Numbered from the stretch's first letter, positions 48,356 to 60,843 are shown. The stretch is 64,000 bases of DNA from Chloropicon primus (GCA_023205875.1 CP060763.1:496001-560000), one strand, 5' to 3'. Notes: generated by a model not told the origin, from the sequence alone. Translations and numbers: made by a program.

Positions 48356-50980
48356 TTAGACCTGAGCTGCCTGGCTTGGGGCGAGGTTGCTGGCGTCCTG
48401 GAGCTCGATCTTCCTTGGAGTGAGGGTGCCGATGGACAGGTTCTTCCTTGGACTCTCGAATTCCCTCAGTGACTGCAAATCGGTCTTCTTCCTCTTGACC
48501 TGGCCCGAGGGCGGCGTACCTGGTCTGAGGAGACCGAGCCCGAGCTTCTGCAGGTTGCCGAACGGCGCCTCCACGACCAGGTACAGGATTCCTGCCCAAA
48601 AGTAGCTCCCGACGGTGAACACGAGCCACATCCCGAGGGTGTTGGCCGTGTGGTAGTAGGGCGTGGTGGCATCCGTGGAGGTGAGGAGGGCTTGCGGGTA
48701 CAACATATGGATCAGGTACGCTCCATACGTTAGCTTGGCCAGAGGACTCCAGATGTGCCCCCCGAGCAGCTCCGTCACCAGCTTGAGCTTTCCGAGGCAG
48801 GTTGGCAGGACGAGAATGAAGAGCGCGACCCCCCAAGCGAAGAACTTGAGGGTGTTGTACGCGACGGTGGCGTCCCTCGACCAGCCGGCAGAGTGAGTCG
48901 TGGTCACCGGCGGAATCTCGTGGTCGGTGTTGTAGTAGGTGGCGATCGGGAACACGAGCAGGCACAGGGTGGTGATGGAGAGGCCAAAGAGCCCAACGGA
49001 GGCAAAGGACGGCACCTTGGTCTTCAGGTACTCCATCCTGGCCCTCCCCCTCTCCTCGCACGTGAAGTCGTGGAACAGGAGCCCGAGCAGCAACCCCAGG
49101 ACGTACGGCGGTGCCCGGATCCAGGGCTTGACGTAGTAATAGTAGAAGTTCCCCTCGCCAAAGTACTGGAGCCAGACGTCCCTCTTGATGGTCGTGTAGC
49201 AGGCCAAGGCGATGGAGGTGGCCACCAGGAGGCCCGAAACGGCCGCCCCGGCGGTCCTCCTGAACCGCTGCAGCGGCTTGAGGTACAGCCCGTGGTGCCA
49301 GGCCGCGATCACGACTGGGGCCACGAAGATGTAGAGCTGCATGTCGACCGCGAGGTACCAGGTCCCGCCCACGCAGGTGGTGGGCGCCAAGCCGTCCGCC
49401 GGGTTGCCCTCGGGAATGAAATTGTTCAAGAAGAACAAGTCGCTCCACCAGTACTTTGAGCAATCCTCCGAGTGCTGGTCCCAGTTGAGCTTCCAGATCG
49501 GGGAGGAGGACAGGGAGGGCGCAATCTTCCAGAAGAAGAAGAGGACCGCCGCAAAGGTGGGCAGCAGTCTCCCGAAACGGTTGACGACGTAGACCAGCCA
49601 GAACAAGGATTCTCCCAGGAACGTCTTCCTCTTGGCCTTCGCCTTGGAGATCTCCCTGCTGACGATGAAGGCCACGAGGAGGCCGCTCAGGAAGAAGAAG
49701 GTGTCCACGGCGAAGAAGGCCCCGGCATAGATGCTGATGAACCACTGCTTGAGCACCATGTTCATGTTGTTGGGGTTGACCAGCCTGCCCGGGTAGGCGA
49801 CGCCCCCGATCCAAATGATGTAGCTCAGGGTGTGGCCCAGAATGACCCAGAACATGGACACGGCGCGGAACCCGTTCAGGGAGGTCAGGTCCAGGTCCCT
49901 CCCCATCTCGGGCTTGGCCATCAGCTGGTGCCAGTTCCCGCAAAAGTCGAAGCAGTCGGCGGCCCTGGACACCAGGCGGCGCCGCGGCCCGGAATCCGCG
50001 GCGCCGGGGAAGAGCAGCTTGGCCGCCGTGGAGACCACAACGAGGAGGAGGAGGAAGGCGAAGACCGACGCGGTCACGATCCCGCCGACGTCCAGGGGGG
50101 TCTTGTCCATCACGGAGCAGTCCACCCGGGGGGCGTGCTTCGCGTAGTGCTCCGGGTCGGTGTCCGCGATGGCCTTGGCGATGGCCGAGGCCGACGAGTC
50201 CTCCGGCACGCACACGCCGTACCTCACCTGCATGTAGTTGCTCGGGGCCTGGAGGGAGGCCAGGCAGTACTTGGCCCCGGCGAGCTTCTGGCACGGGTTG
50301 TACCAACCGTACTCGTCGAACCCCTCCAGCGTCCTCTCGTAGGCCGCCGAGTACTCCATCATGGAGGACGTCCGGTTCAGGTTCGGCACGACGATGGACG
50401 AGCCCTGCAGGGCGATCGCCGGGTCGGCGGACGACGACGCGTCGTAGGCGGCGGCGGCCCCGGAGGCGCCGGCGGAGGACAAGTCCGGGCACAAGCCATT
50501 CTCGGGGGTCGGGATGCGGCAGTCCTTGATCCTCTGCATCACGATCGGCCGGGCCACGGGAATGTACGCGAGGTTCGAGCTCGGGGCCACCACGGGCGCG
50601 AGGTCGTACACCATGTCCCAGGCCTCCTCGTGGAGCTCCTCGTGGCAGCTGCAGCCGAAGATGGGGCTGCCCTCCCCGACGAACGAGTCAATCGCCCTGC
50701 AGCAGCTCTCGGAGGCGCTGCCCACGCAACTCAGCAGGTCCGGGTTGCTCATCTGATCCGCCACGCTGATCGTCATCAAGAACCTCTCGAAGCTCTCCTT
50801 GCACGTTTGGAGCCCGGGGACGTCCGAGGCGGCGAGCACGGGTACCTGCTGCTGGGACCCAGTTTGACCCCCGGAAGAAGACAGCGACGAGTTCGTCGTG
50901 CTCTGATCCGCGGCGACGGCGACCGGCAGCGTGGCCGCGCTCGCGACGACCCACGCAGACAAGAGCAATGCCAACGACAT
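48356..50980 (-). CDS. Acyltransferase-3 family membrane protein (NRF-6/OACYL-like)
   Basis: Signal peptide plus motifs LNGFRAVSMFWVILGH, AVDTFFFLSG, TWYLAVDMQLY, YVKPWIR and LTYGAYLIH. Confidence 0.92.
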   Translation of the reverse strand: MSLALLLSAWVVASAATLPVAVAADQSTTNSSLSSSGGQTGSQQQVPVLAASDVPGLQTCKESFERFLMTISVADQMSNPDLLSCVGSASESCCRAIDSFVGEGSPIFGCSCHEELHEEAWDMVYDLAPVVAPSSNLAYIPVARPIVMQRIKDCRIPTPENGLCPDLSSAGASGAAAAYDASSSADPAIALQGSSIVVPNLNRTSSMMEYSAAYERTLEGFDEYGWYNPCQKLAGAKYCLASLQAPSNYMQVRYGVCVPEDSSASAIAKAIADTDPEHYAKHAPRVDCSVMDKTPLDVGGIVTASVFAFLLLLVVVSTAAKLLFPGAADSGPRRRLVSRAADCFDFCGNWHQLMAKPEMGRDLDLTSLNGFRAVSMFWVILGHTLSYIIWIGGVAYPGRLVNPNNMNMVLKQWFISIYAGAFFAVDTFFFLSGLLVAFIVSREISKAKAKRKTFLGESLFWLVYVVNRFGRLLPTFAAVLFFFWKIAPSLSSSPIWKLNWDQHSEDCSKYWWSDLFFLNNFIPEGNPADGLAPTTCVGGTWYLAVDMQLYIFVAPVVIAAWHHGLYLKPLQRFRRTAGAAVSGLLVATSIALACYTTIKRDVWLQYFGEGNFYYYYVKPWIRAPPYVLGLLLGLLFHDFTCEERGRARMEYLKTKVPSFASVGLFGLSITTLCLLVFPIATYYNTDHEIPPVTTTHSAGWSRDATVAYNTLKFFAWGVALFILVLPTCLGKLKLVTELLGGHIWSPLAKLTYGAYLIHMLYPQALLTSTDATTPYYHTANTLGMWLVFTVGSYFWAGILYLVVEAPFGNLQKLGLGLLRPGTPPSGQVKRKKTDLQSLREFESPRKNLSIGTLTPRKIELQDASNLAPSQAAQV

Positions 50981-51222
50981 CCTGGTCCTGATCACACGGC
51001 GGACGAAGGTAGTGGCGGGGACCGCGCAAAGGGAAGGAAGGAATGACCAGCAGATGGGTTTGCCACCTCCTCGTCAACGCGACAGGGAGGTTACATTGGA
51101 CGCAGCGAATTAACGTCACTCATTGAAGGAGATCTCGCCCAAATTGGAAATCTCTATGGTCAATGGCTTTGAGATGATGATTGGTGATGATGTTGTATTG
51201 TCCATGGCCTATTTGCCTCACA

Positions 51223-52461
51223 TTAGTCTTGTTGTTCTTTGCCCTTCCCGCTCGTGCTCGTGGTGCCCTCCTCCTGCTCCTTCCCCTGCTCCTCGCCGTC
51301 GTTCTCGTCGTTCTTCTCCTTCCTCAAGCTCTCGACCTCCTCCCTGAGGTCCGCGAGCGAGGCGGTGGCGGACCCCCGCTGCAGGGGCTTCTGCTGGGAC
51401 TCGTGGGGGGACCACCCGCTGACGTAGATGACCTGGTAGGTGCTGGGCACGGAGCCGTCCTCCTCGGCGAAGAGGGACTGGTAGATCGCCGCCGTGGCCA
51501 GCGCGGAGTCCCTGGCAAGGAAGCCCCTCCTGTTGGTGTTGGCGCTCGACTCGCCGAGCCGGCGGAGGTGGTCCACCACGTGAGACGCGCTGGGGTACCT
51601 GATCTGGACGGTGTCCACGTCCACGACGGGGAGGTTGTAGGCCGCGGCGGACATCAGGGACCCGGCGTCCCTCACCCTGGCGAGGGGCGAGGTTCGGGGC
51701 GAGACCCCCCCCTCCCTCTCCATCTCGGCGATGGAGCAGGCGATCCGCATCTCTTGCAGGGTGTCCCCGCCGAGGAAGGCCCCGAGGAAGAGGCCGTCCG
51801 GGTTGAGGCTCCCCTTGACCTGTGCCAGGCAGCCAGGCAGGTCGTTGACCCAGTGCAGGCCCAGGCACGAGATGGCGGCGTCGAAGCGCTCGCCGTCCGC
51901 CAGGGCCTCCCCCAGCGAGGCCTCGTTCACGGCCAGGCGGACCGAGCGGAACGCGACGCCGCTGCCCTCGTACTCGGCCGCGACCTTGGTCTCAAAGTCC
52001 TCCAGCAGGGCGGGGGAGGTCTCCGCGTACGTGATCGACCGCACGCTTCCCTTGCCGGAATCCATGATCTTCCTCGCCACCACGAGGCCGGTCCCCCCCA
52101 CCACCAGGATGTCCTCGAAGGACTTGGTGCAGTCCAGCAGCCGGTCCACGAGGCGCGAGGCTATCTCGTTCTGAAGCCTGTCATCGTACCTCCCGATCCT
52201 CGCCACGCGCTCCCTGTGCTTCCGCTTCAACTCCGCGTCGAATACCGTCGAGTACGGCCGCCTCGCGCCGATCCCGAGCTCGACGAGGAGTCTGCCGTCC
52301 TCCTCCCGAAAACAAGTCTGCCAGTGGGCACGCCCTCCCCTCTTCGGCGCGTCGAAGGCCTCGCCGAGGCACGCCGCGGAGGTGGACGCCGCCACGCCCT
52401 CGCTCCCGACCCTCGACAGCTGCAGGCCACGAAGGCAAAGCCTTCCTCCAGAGGTTCGCAT
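51223..52461 (-). CDS. NDUFAF5: NDUFAF5-like complex I assembly factor (SAM-dependent fold)
   Basis: Motifs VFDAELKRKHRER, LHWVNDLPG, GGDTLQEMR, EREGGVSPRTSP and GWSPHESQQKPLQRGSA. Confidence 0.93.
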   Translation of the reverse strand: MRTSGGRLCLRGLQLSRVGSEGVAASTSAACLGEAFDAPKRGGRAHWQTCFREEDGRLLVELGIGARRPYSTVFDAELKRKHRERVARIGRYDDRLQNEIASRLVDRLLDCTKSFEDILVVGGTGLVVARKIMDSGKGSVRSITYAETSPALLEDFETKVAAEYEGSGVAFRSVRLAVNEASLGEALADGERFDAAISCLGLHWVNDLPGCLAQVKGSLNPDGLFLGAFLGGDTLQEMRIACSIAEMEREGGVSPRTSPLARVRDAGSLMSAAAYNLPVVDVDTVQIRYPSASHVVDHLRRLGESSANTNRRGFLARDSALATAAIYQSLFAEEDGSVPSTYQVIYVSGWSPHESQQKPLQRGSATASLADLREEVESLRKEKNDENDGEEQGKEQEEGTTSTSGKGKEQQD

Positions 52462-52462
52462 C

Positions 52463-52512
<50 letters not shown>

Positions 52513-52927
52513 CTGTGAGCAACGACGACGACGAAAACGTTTTGATCTACCTGCGCTGCGCTGCGCCCAGACCGAGCTACCGAGCGTGTCAACCCTCCTC
52601 GCACGGGGGAAACTGTCCGTGCCTGAATCCCCGCGGGACTCCGCCTCTCGAGCAAGCCGCTCGCTCGCCTTGGCTTTGCAGTCGTCGAGGCGCACCCTTG
52701 GATCTCTCCTGGTGGTGCTGTCGTGGTGAGGGTGATGTGTGAGGACAGGAGGACGACGACGATGGTGCGGATATAGTTCTGGAATAAATATTAGTGCACA
52801 GAGGCAGGTTAGACTCCTCCTCCTCCTCCTCCTCCTCCTCCTCCCGTTTGCTTGCTTTCACCCCCCGTAACCGTTCGGGTGTGTTGTACTTCTCCTAGGT
52901 GAGCGATGTCGTCGTCGCGGACGGTCG

Positions 52928-54039
52928 TTACAGGTAGTTGAGGATGTCGAGGAGACCTCCTTGGCCAAGAGCAGCCCGGAGAGGCAGGAACTGGTCCAGA
53001 CCACCCGTCTGCAAAAGGGTGAAGGCGTCGATCACCGTGGCCCCGTTCGTGGGGTTGACGGAGATGATGTCGCCCCTCACCAAAGCTTGCCAGTACGCCG
53101 ACGGAGCGCAGTGCGTGAAATCCACCTCGTTGAAGAGCTTGAACTTGACGCAGAAATTGTTCCCCAGGGACCCGCTACGGAGGTTGAGGCTCGATTTGTT
53201 GAATCTCCTGCACTGGGCATCGACCAGCTTCCACAGGAGGGGGAGGTACTTGTAGTTCTTCTTGGACTCGAAGTAGAAGCTGCAAGTTCCGCCTCCCAGG
53301 GTGTTACTACGAAAGTCGCAGTCGGAGGCAAAGAGAAAATCCAGTCGGTCAGCAAAGGGCAGAGGAAATGAGCGCGCGGGGAGGAGGAGCTGGGCTTGCC
53401 GGACCCCAAACACTTACAACTTTCTCATCCAAATTCCATCCACCCAGATCGGCCAGTTGTCGAGCACCTTTGCGATCAGCTTGTGCGTCGCCGCTGCCAT
53501 GGCTTGGGGCACGCCCGAGTCGATGGTGTTCTGCACGATCTTGTGCGCGAATCTCTGAGACGCGAAGAGCTGCTGCAAGTTCCTAGTGCTCGTCCCCTCG
53601 GCCTCCCCCTCGGCCTCGCCGGCCTCGAAGCTCATGAGCTTGAGCGACGGGATCTGACGCTCCGTGGCATTCGACCTCATGATTGGGGCGAACGCCTTGA
53701 CCAGGTTCGCACCGAGCTCTGCGACGCGACGCGCGCGGAAATCGTCGAAAAGAATGGAAGGGAGGGAGAAGAAGCGTTCGTCGTCGTCAGCCCCGTGCCG
53801 CGCGAAACCAAACGGAGAGGGAGAGAGAGAGAGAGAGGTCCACCACGCGTACCTGCCATGTCGTCCAACGTGGCGTCCGCATCGCGCTGCTCGTACGCGT
53901 TGCTCCTCGCCTCGCTCAGCAGAGCGGAAATCAGGTCCGCCTCCTTGTACGCCTCCGCCGTCGTCGTCGCAAGCGCTGCCACCAAAACCACCATGACGGA
54001 GGCCACAACTCCAACACTCCAGCTGCATCGTCCCCTCAT
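52928..54039 (-). CDS. Secreted hypothetical protein; exons 54039-53853, 53718-53418, 53306-52928
   Basis: Signal peptide (VMVVLVAALATTTAEA); two canonical GT-AG introns join three ORFs in frame. Confidence 0.7.
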
Positions 54040-54631
54040 CGCGTCGTCGAGAATGGAGCAGCGGTGCCACTTCGACTCGTTCAACCTCCCTTTCTGTCAC
54101 CTCTCCCTCTGTCAACCTCCTCTTTTTCCCTCCGACTCCTCGATCCTTCCGCTTCGAGCGTAACGCCCTCTGCTCGGTCCGCTCATCCCATGGAAAGGAA
54201 ATGCCGCATCCGCATGAGGGCCAGGAGCAGCAGGAGAGAGAGGGACGTGCCGGGGAAGGAGCGTGCTTCGAGTTCTCCTCCACCACCACCTCCTCCTCCT
54301 CCTCTACCCCTTTCGTTTTCCATCTTTCTATCGTGTTCTTGGCGATTGGCCCGGACTTTTCTCTCGCCCTCCACACAGACAGGACAGGACAGGACGATGG
54401 AACGGCGTTGGAGGATCTCGCAAGACGTCGCCATCCATCGAAGGGTGACAAGCTCCTAGTCCACCCCCGCGCGCAAGACACGCACGCACGCCTTCTGCCC
54501 ACCGTCGTCGTCCTCCTCCTCTGATGATGATGATCCTCCTCCTCCTCCTGCTGCTGCTGCTTGCTTCTGATCCCATGGACAATCTTGCTCGAGAGGGAGG
54601 GCGAGTTCCTTGAGGGAGGAAGAGGAAGACT

Positions 54632-56259
54632 ATGGCGCACCGGTCCCTCAGGAGGGGGCTCGAGAGGGCGGTCGTGTCGGCCATCCTCGTTCTCGCCCTT
54701 GGCCTTGGGATCCAAGCCGTCGAGGCAACGACCGGAGCGAGCGAAAAGGTAAGACCAGCGAGAGAGAGGGAGAGGGAGAACGCCCCCTCCTCGCACACGA
54801 ACGCACGCGCACGATCTGACACTCGTGGTTCTCTTGCTCCGTGTCTCTCCGTGCGCCACGCATCTCAGCTGCTTCGGGGGAGCCGCGCCAGAGGCGAGGC
54901 CGAGTCAACGCTGGGCTCTCGTGGCCTCCTCGAGGACGGCGAGCCGCTCGTGTACAAGCCAGACATTGAGGGCCTGCTGGGAAGGCGGAAGTGCCTTGGC
55001 CTTTCGGAGCCTTGGACCCCGTACAGGGACGCCGAGGGCGGGCGGGGGAAGCAGCTCCGTCGTCAGCTGAGCTCCCTCCCGGCTTGGAATAATGAAACAC
55101 TACTCGGGGCGAGCGGCAGCGGCAAGGGTGCCGAGGCAGACCACCTGGGGAGGAGTGGGGGCGCCGGACACGGAGGGAGGCAGCTTCTTCGGAGTCGTCA
55201 CCGGTACACCATCCCCCGGAGGTGGCAGAGGCCACTGACTGGCCGGTGCAGGGACGAGGGGAAGATCAAGAAGGACGTCAAACCCGCGCAGAAAGGCGTC
55301 GTTGACTGCTTGCTGTCGGACAAGGAGAAGTGCCCCCTTGGGGAGGAGAACACTCTCAAGGTTCTTCACGCCACGGAATCGATCGAGAAGCTGATGCTGT
55401 ACCACACCCCGTGCATCACCATCAACAAGGGGCTCAAGAAGTGCGCAACCACCCAAGGGAACCCAGAAACGATGAGAATGGGGAGCGTTCCTTCCAGCAA
55501 GTACTCGGAGGAAGACGTGGAGAGGAACTACACGAGCTGCGCTCTGATAGGGAACGGGCCGGGGCTCTTCAAGCAGAACAAGGCCGAGATCATCGACCAG
55601 CACGATGCCATCTTCAGGTTCAACTCCCTTCACAACGTGCAGTACCAGGGGAAGAAGACCACGTTTCGGATTTTGAACAACAAGAGGGTGGAGGGGATCA
55701 CCAAGAAGCGGGTGAAGATCAACACGCGGACGCCGGGGGAGGCTTGGATCATTTGGCACTACTTCAGCTTGAAGAAATACGCGGAGTTGAAGAAGATCAA
55801 CGAGAACAGCAGGATCATGGCGCCCGAGTACCTCAAGTTTGAGCTCAGAGCCTACTTCGGCATTAGGAAGGACCTGAGGAGGTTCGGAAACGGGATGAGG
55901 TGTCCGATGAATCTCAACTCGGGGATGCACGGGATTCTTATGGCACTCAAGATGTGCAAAGAGGTCAATCTTTTCGGATTCTCCTACCAGAAAAACACTG
56001 TGAACAACTCGAGGAGAAACACGGGAAGCAAGGCCTTCCAGAGCACAGTGGTCAGCCCTCGGCTGAGCAAGCACCACGACTGGCACACCGACGCCCTTGT
56101 GGTCAAAGTACGTATTTCACCCCGGATCTCACTTCCGTTTCCTTTCCTTTCTTCGCTGCCTTTTGGCGAGAGCGACTGACCAAAGCACCTTCCCACTCTT
56201 CTCTTTGCTTTCCTCATCAAAAGTATCTGGCCATGGCGGGCTTGCTCAATATTTGCTAA
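54632..56259 (+). CDS. GT29 sialyltransferase-like glycosyltransferase; exons 54632-54748, 54869-56107, 56224-56259
   Basis: Sialylmotif L (SCALIGNG...IDQHDAIFRFN...GKKTTFR), sialylmotif S (NSGMHGILMALKMCKEVNLFGF) and VS-like HDW; signal anchor. Confidence 0.9.
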
Positions 56260-56537
56260 ACATGATTCTTGTAAACTCGCTCACAAACCTTGAGAAGTCT
56301 CCCCTCCTGCTACCCCTCGACCCTCTTCGCCGTCCCTGAATGCTGAGGCGGGGGGTGTTTGACCTTCCCTTTGGTCAATCACACAAACGATGCGAGTTGC
56401 CTCACTGATGGGCCACTCCTCCCCTCTCTCTCCTCTTCCACTTCCTCCCCAGCTTCGCTTCTGCTCTCTGCTTTGCGAATGACAGTTCTCGCTTGACTCG
56501 ACCAACGAGGGAAGACCTTGGACGGGAGCGTGATACA

Positions 56538-57540
56538 ATGGCATCCACGCCGGCGTTCACGCTTGGGATTCACCAAACGAGCGAGGAGGACGCTACACCA
56601 GGTAAGTGACACACACACGCACGCGCGCGCGTGCACGAGTTTGCATTATGTCAATGCCCAAGGACTACCGTCTGTGCCACCACTGGAATATGCTCAGGGA
56701 ATATGAGACTTCTGCAAGGCCTCTGTTGTGTTGTGTTGAAGCTAACTCGGAACGTTATGCGTCCCTCCGTTGCGTACAGTCCAAGCATTGGAGACCCCGA
56801 ATCAGGCTCGGATAAAGCTGCTGAGCGCACGCATTGCTGGCGTTCACAATGACCGAGAAGTGGAGAGGCAACTGAGGCAAGATTCTATCTTGACCAAACT
56901 CAAGGCAACGGAGGACGTTCTCGCTCGAACGCAGATCAACTCCGAAGGGAATCACAAGCTGGCTTGGGACAGGTTGACCAAGCTGAGGGACGGCATCAGC
57001 ACTCAGGTGAGTGCCTTGGATGCCCTCGATGAGAGGCAGGCAAAGGAGTTGAACCTCTTCGAGACCAGTCACTCGGTGGATGTCACAGCAGAAAGGGAAG
57101 AGAGGCAGGAGAACGAGCTCAAGTTCGAGAAATTGATCGTGGACAGGCTCGAGTGCATCCAGCAGGAGCTGGTCCAGGAGTGCCAGAGGCGAGAGCACGA
57201 GGAGGCGGTCCGCGTGAAGCATCTGCAGGAGGAGGTGGGCAAGCTGAGGGCAAAGATGGAGGCGGAGAAGAAAAGGATAGAGGCCCTGGACCACAGGATG
57301 CTGGGAAAGACGGCAGACGACATGAAGAAGGTCGGGGAGCTTCTCAAGGCAGAGATCAAAGTGAGGGAGGAGACGGAGAAGACCATGCTCAAAATTATAG
57401 AGGAGTCCAGCAACAAACTCCATATAGAGACCCAGGCGAACAAGAGGAGCAGGGAGGAAACGCACGAGTCTCTGATTAGGATCATGGAGCAAACCTGCCA
57501 GAGCGTGGAGCAGAACATCGACAAACCGATCGCTGGGTAA
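56538..57540 (+). CDS. SF-assemblin/beta-giardin family protein; exons 56538-56601 and 56780-57540
   Basis: GTAAGT donor, GCTAAC branch and CAG acceptor in frame; segmented coiled coil ending REETHESLIRIMEQTC. Confidence 0.62.
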
Positions 57541-57582
57541 AATGTGTTTTTTGTACTTGTATTTTTTATAAAGCCGACCGAT

Positions 57583-58799
57583 TCAGTTGCCCTTCAACAG
57601 GGTGGTGAGCAGCGCCATCCTGATATAAAGGCCGTTCTTAGCCTGCCTGAAGTACGCCGCCCTCGGGTCCGAATCCACTTCAGGCGTGATTTCCCCCACA
57701 CGAGGCAGAGGGTGGAGCACCACCGCGCCCTTCTTCATCGATGTCACCAACTTCTTGTCGACGATGTACTTCCCCTGAGCTTTCTCATAGTCCTCGGGCT
57801 TGTCCCCGAACCTTTCCTTCTGGATTCTCGTCTGGTAGAGCACGTCAACCTCCGCTGCCACGGTCGCCAGGTCGTTGACCTCCTCCCACTCGCAACCATT
57901 CTTGGTCAAGTGGTCCTTGATGTCCTGGTTGATTCGGACCACGTCAGGCGCAACAAAGTAGAGCTTGACCTTTGGTTTTTTCGGGGGGCAGAAACGGAAA
58001 CAGGCGCGCGTGGTCAGCAACCCGGTCCCACGACAGGCGTCTGAAGCCCAAGCCAAGGCGGGGGGCAGCGGCAAACCAAGGTTTGGTCGTTGGGCTTGGA
58101 ACTTACCTTGTCGAACTTGGAGAGCACGTAAGCGAGAGACCTCGCGGTCCTTCCATTTGCGAGGTCACCCACCAGGGCAACCTTGGTCTCGTCGATCCTC
58201 CCGATCTCCTTTTGGATGGTGTAAATGTCGAGAAGGGCCTGCGTTGGGTGCTGGCCGGGCCCATCCCCAGCGCTTATCAGAGGAACGGACGCGGCATCTG
58301 CTGCGATCCGAGCCGAACCTGCCTGAAAGTGGCGAAGGACGATGACGTCCACGTACTGCTCCAGGGTCCTGACAGTGTCCTCCAAAGTCTCCCCCTTTGC
58401 GACCGAGGAGAACTCCCTGGCGTTCTCCGTCGACACGACTTTACCGCCCAGACGACACATGGCAGTCTCGAAACTGAGCCGAGTACGGGTCGAGGGCTCG
58501 TAGAACAGAGTTCCCATCACCTTGCCGGCCAGCAAGCTGCACTCGGCCCCATCCTCCACGATGCGCTCCATCTCCTTGGTCACCTCGAAGAGGTCCTCGA
58601 GCATGCCCCGGTCGAACTGCTGGGACTCCACCACAGACGTGAGATCGGAGAGCTTCCCCTCGGCACGAACTTTCACACCCCTTCGTCGCCGCGGTCCGCT
58701 CCTGCAGGGTCTCGGCAGGGCTTGTGATCGAACACTCCGCCCGGACGCCCTGCACTCGCACACCGCTCCCCTCGACGCGTTCGTAGTACCTCTCGCCAT
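57583..58799 (-). CDS. pyrB: Aspartate carbamoyltransferase, plastid-type; exons 58799-58107 and 57969-57583
   Basis: Motifs FYEPSTRTRLSF, HPTQALLD, GDLANGRT, YQTRIQKER and HPLPR; transit peptide present. Confidence 0.97.
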
Positions 58800-59019
58800 G
58801 ATACCCCTCGTCCTCTCCTCTCCCGATCCACCCACCGCTGGTGAAAAAATCTGCCTGCCATATTACATCAGCAGCAGCAGCAGCTGAGGGGGAAGAGAGC
58901 AGCGTGAGGAGGGAGTCAATGGCGGTGGGATCGCTCTCATAATATACCCACGCGGGGATAGGGATGGGATGCCCGAAACATTTCGAAGACCTTCCCGATT
59001 GAACGTCGTCGCCGTGGCA

Positions 59020-60300
59020 TCAGTACTTGCATTGGCGAACCCTTCTGCCCTCGGCTTGTAGTCTGTTCAGAGCCGCAGTGAGTCCCGTGGGATCGTTCTT
59101 CGGCAGCATGTTCATCACGAGCTCAAAGTACTGGAACATTTTGGTCTTGAGGTTCCCCTTGAAGTGCAGGACGTGGGCCTTTCTCGGCACTCGGCAGTGC
59201 TGTTGGGGCGAGAAGTTCCAGTGGTCGGTGTGCACGACCAAGAGGTTGGTCCCTTTGTCGTCCACGCACCGCTGCATCAGGATCTTCTTCTTCACGTTGA
59301 GCTGCCCGCCCAGGCGGTCCAGCAGGTCGTTCATCACAAGCTGATCGCCCAACATTTTCTGAGGATGCTTGTTTGCCCTGTAGGTGTCCACAACTTCCTG
59401 CATGAACTGTGCTCCTTTCGCGGCCTTGGCGCCTTGGAAGTACATCACCCCGGTGTTGATCGGGAACTTGGGCATCATTCTGTACGTCAAGGCCACGTCG
59501 AAGTCCTTTCCACCCATGCGAAAGAACTGAAACACGTCCCTGAGGAAGACGATGTCCGAATCGATGAAGACGACGTCCCTCCGTGTTGCCTCGGGCTTGG
59601 CGGCCTCCTCCGCGAGAACGTACTGGTAGCCCTGGAACCGACCCAGGGTGTTGAAGCCCACGATCGCTTTGCCCTTCTTGTCCTTGTACCTCCAAATGTC
59701 GTCGTAACGGTAGTACTCCAGAACCGCCGCAATGTCCTCGCCGGGGGTCCCGCCCACAGAAGGAAGGAGCCTGCTTGCTTTCTCGCTGATCGTCACCTCA
59801 GTCGTGGCGTCCGTGATAATCCCGAAGCACAACTTGTTCCTGCCCTTGCCGCTGTGAGTCAGGAAGGCCGAGGTGAAGGCCATGCTCACTTCCAACATGA
59901 GGCTTTCCCGCTTTGCATGGTCGCTTGGGAGAAGCATTGCGGTCACCATGACCATCGTGCAGGATCCGGGCCGTGACCTCCCGGATCTCCTCTGCTTCTT
60001 GCCCGATGGGGCCGCCGTGGAGTTGACAGAGCGACCCCTCACCTTGCCTGGCACACCCTCGGCCAAAGGTTTCGAGGCCGTCTTCCTGCCCGACTTCTTC
60101 GAGGTCTTCTTCTTCTCCCCGACGTGCCCATCCGCGGCCTTGGGATCAACCGCCACGGGGGAAGTGGCGTTGTTGGCCACCACGGCGCCCCCACTGCCAG
60201 CAGGACTCCTCCTCGACGAGTTGGGTATGGCTGAAAACGATGCCAGCAGAAGGAGGACCAGCACCAGGTACACCAGCTTGTTCAAGTGTTGGCCGTTCAT
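59020..60300 (-). CDS. Type II membrane GT-A glycosyltransferase (nucleotide-diphospho-sugar transferase-like)
   Basis: N-terminal TM, DxD motif FIDSDIVF, then INTGVMY, GDQ and LHFKG. Confidence 0.8.
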   Translation of the reverse strand: MNGQHLNKLVYLVLVLLLLASFSAIPNSSRRSPAGSGGAVVANNATSPVAVDPKAADGHVGEKKKTSKKSGRKTASKPLAEGVPGKVRGRSVNSTAAPSGKKQRRSGRSRPGSCTMVMVTAMLLPSDHAKRESLMLEVSMAFTSAFLTHSGKGRNKLCFGIITDATTEVTISEKASRLLPSVGGTPGEDIAAVLEYYRYDDIWRYKDKKGKAIVGFNTLGRFQGYQYVLAEEAAKPEATRRDVVFIDSDIVFLRDVFQFFRMGGKDFDVALTYRMMPKFPINTGVMYFQGAKAAKGAQFMQEVVDTYRANKHPQKMLGDQLVMNDLLDRLGGQLNVKKKILMQRCVDDKGTNLLVVHTDHWNFSPQQHCRVPRKAHVLHFKGNLKTKMFQYFELVMNMLPKNDPTGLTAALNRLQAEGRRVRQCKY

Positions 60301-60843
60301 CTTCTCTCTCACTTTCTCCCACTCGAACTCAAACCAGTCCCCAGAACAATCGCCGTTCTCCACCCACGCTCACAACTCGACTCGGCGGGAAGCCTTCCCA
60401 TCCCTTCACCACCTTGGAGCCAAGGTTCCCTCCCTGGCGTCTCGACCTCCGCCTGCCTTTTGTGTTTTCTCGCTTCACGGGACGACGAGACCGACCAAGG
60501 GAGGTATCAATCGATGGATGCGAATCGTGGAGACCAACTTTTGCTTCCCTTGGACCCTTTCCTCGACTCGACTCGGAACCCAGAGCGCTCCTCGCTTCGG
60601 GGATCTCCTTCAATCGTACAGTGGTACCAATGGACGGCATTCAGTGTCAGGAGCTTGGCGAGCTTGGCAGACCTTGGCCTGGCTCGCAGTGAAGCAGTGG
60701 AGGAGGACGGGAGGAGGACCCACGGGTGGCGGGTCTCTGGATGGTGACGCGGCGGACAGCCGTTGTCCTTGTCCTGGAGAGGTCAAGTTGTTTGTGAAGA
60801 GAAGAGGCTGGAAAAGTTTAGGCAAAGACTGTTCTGTTTGAGT

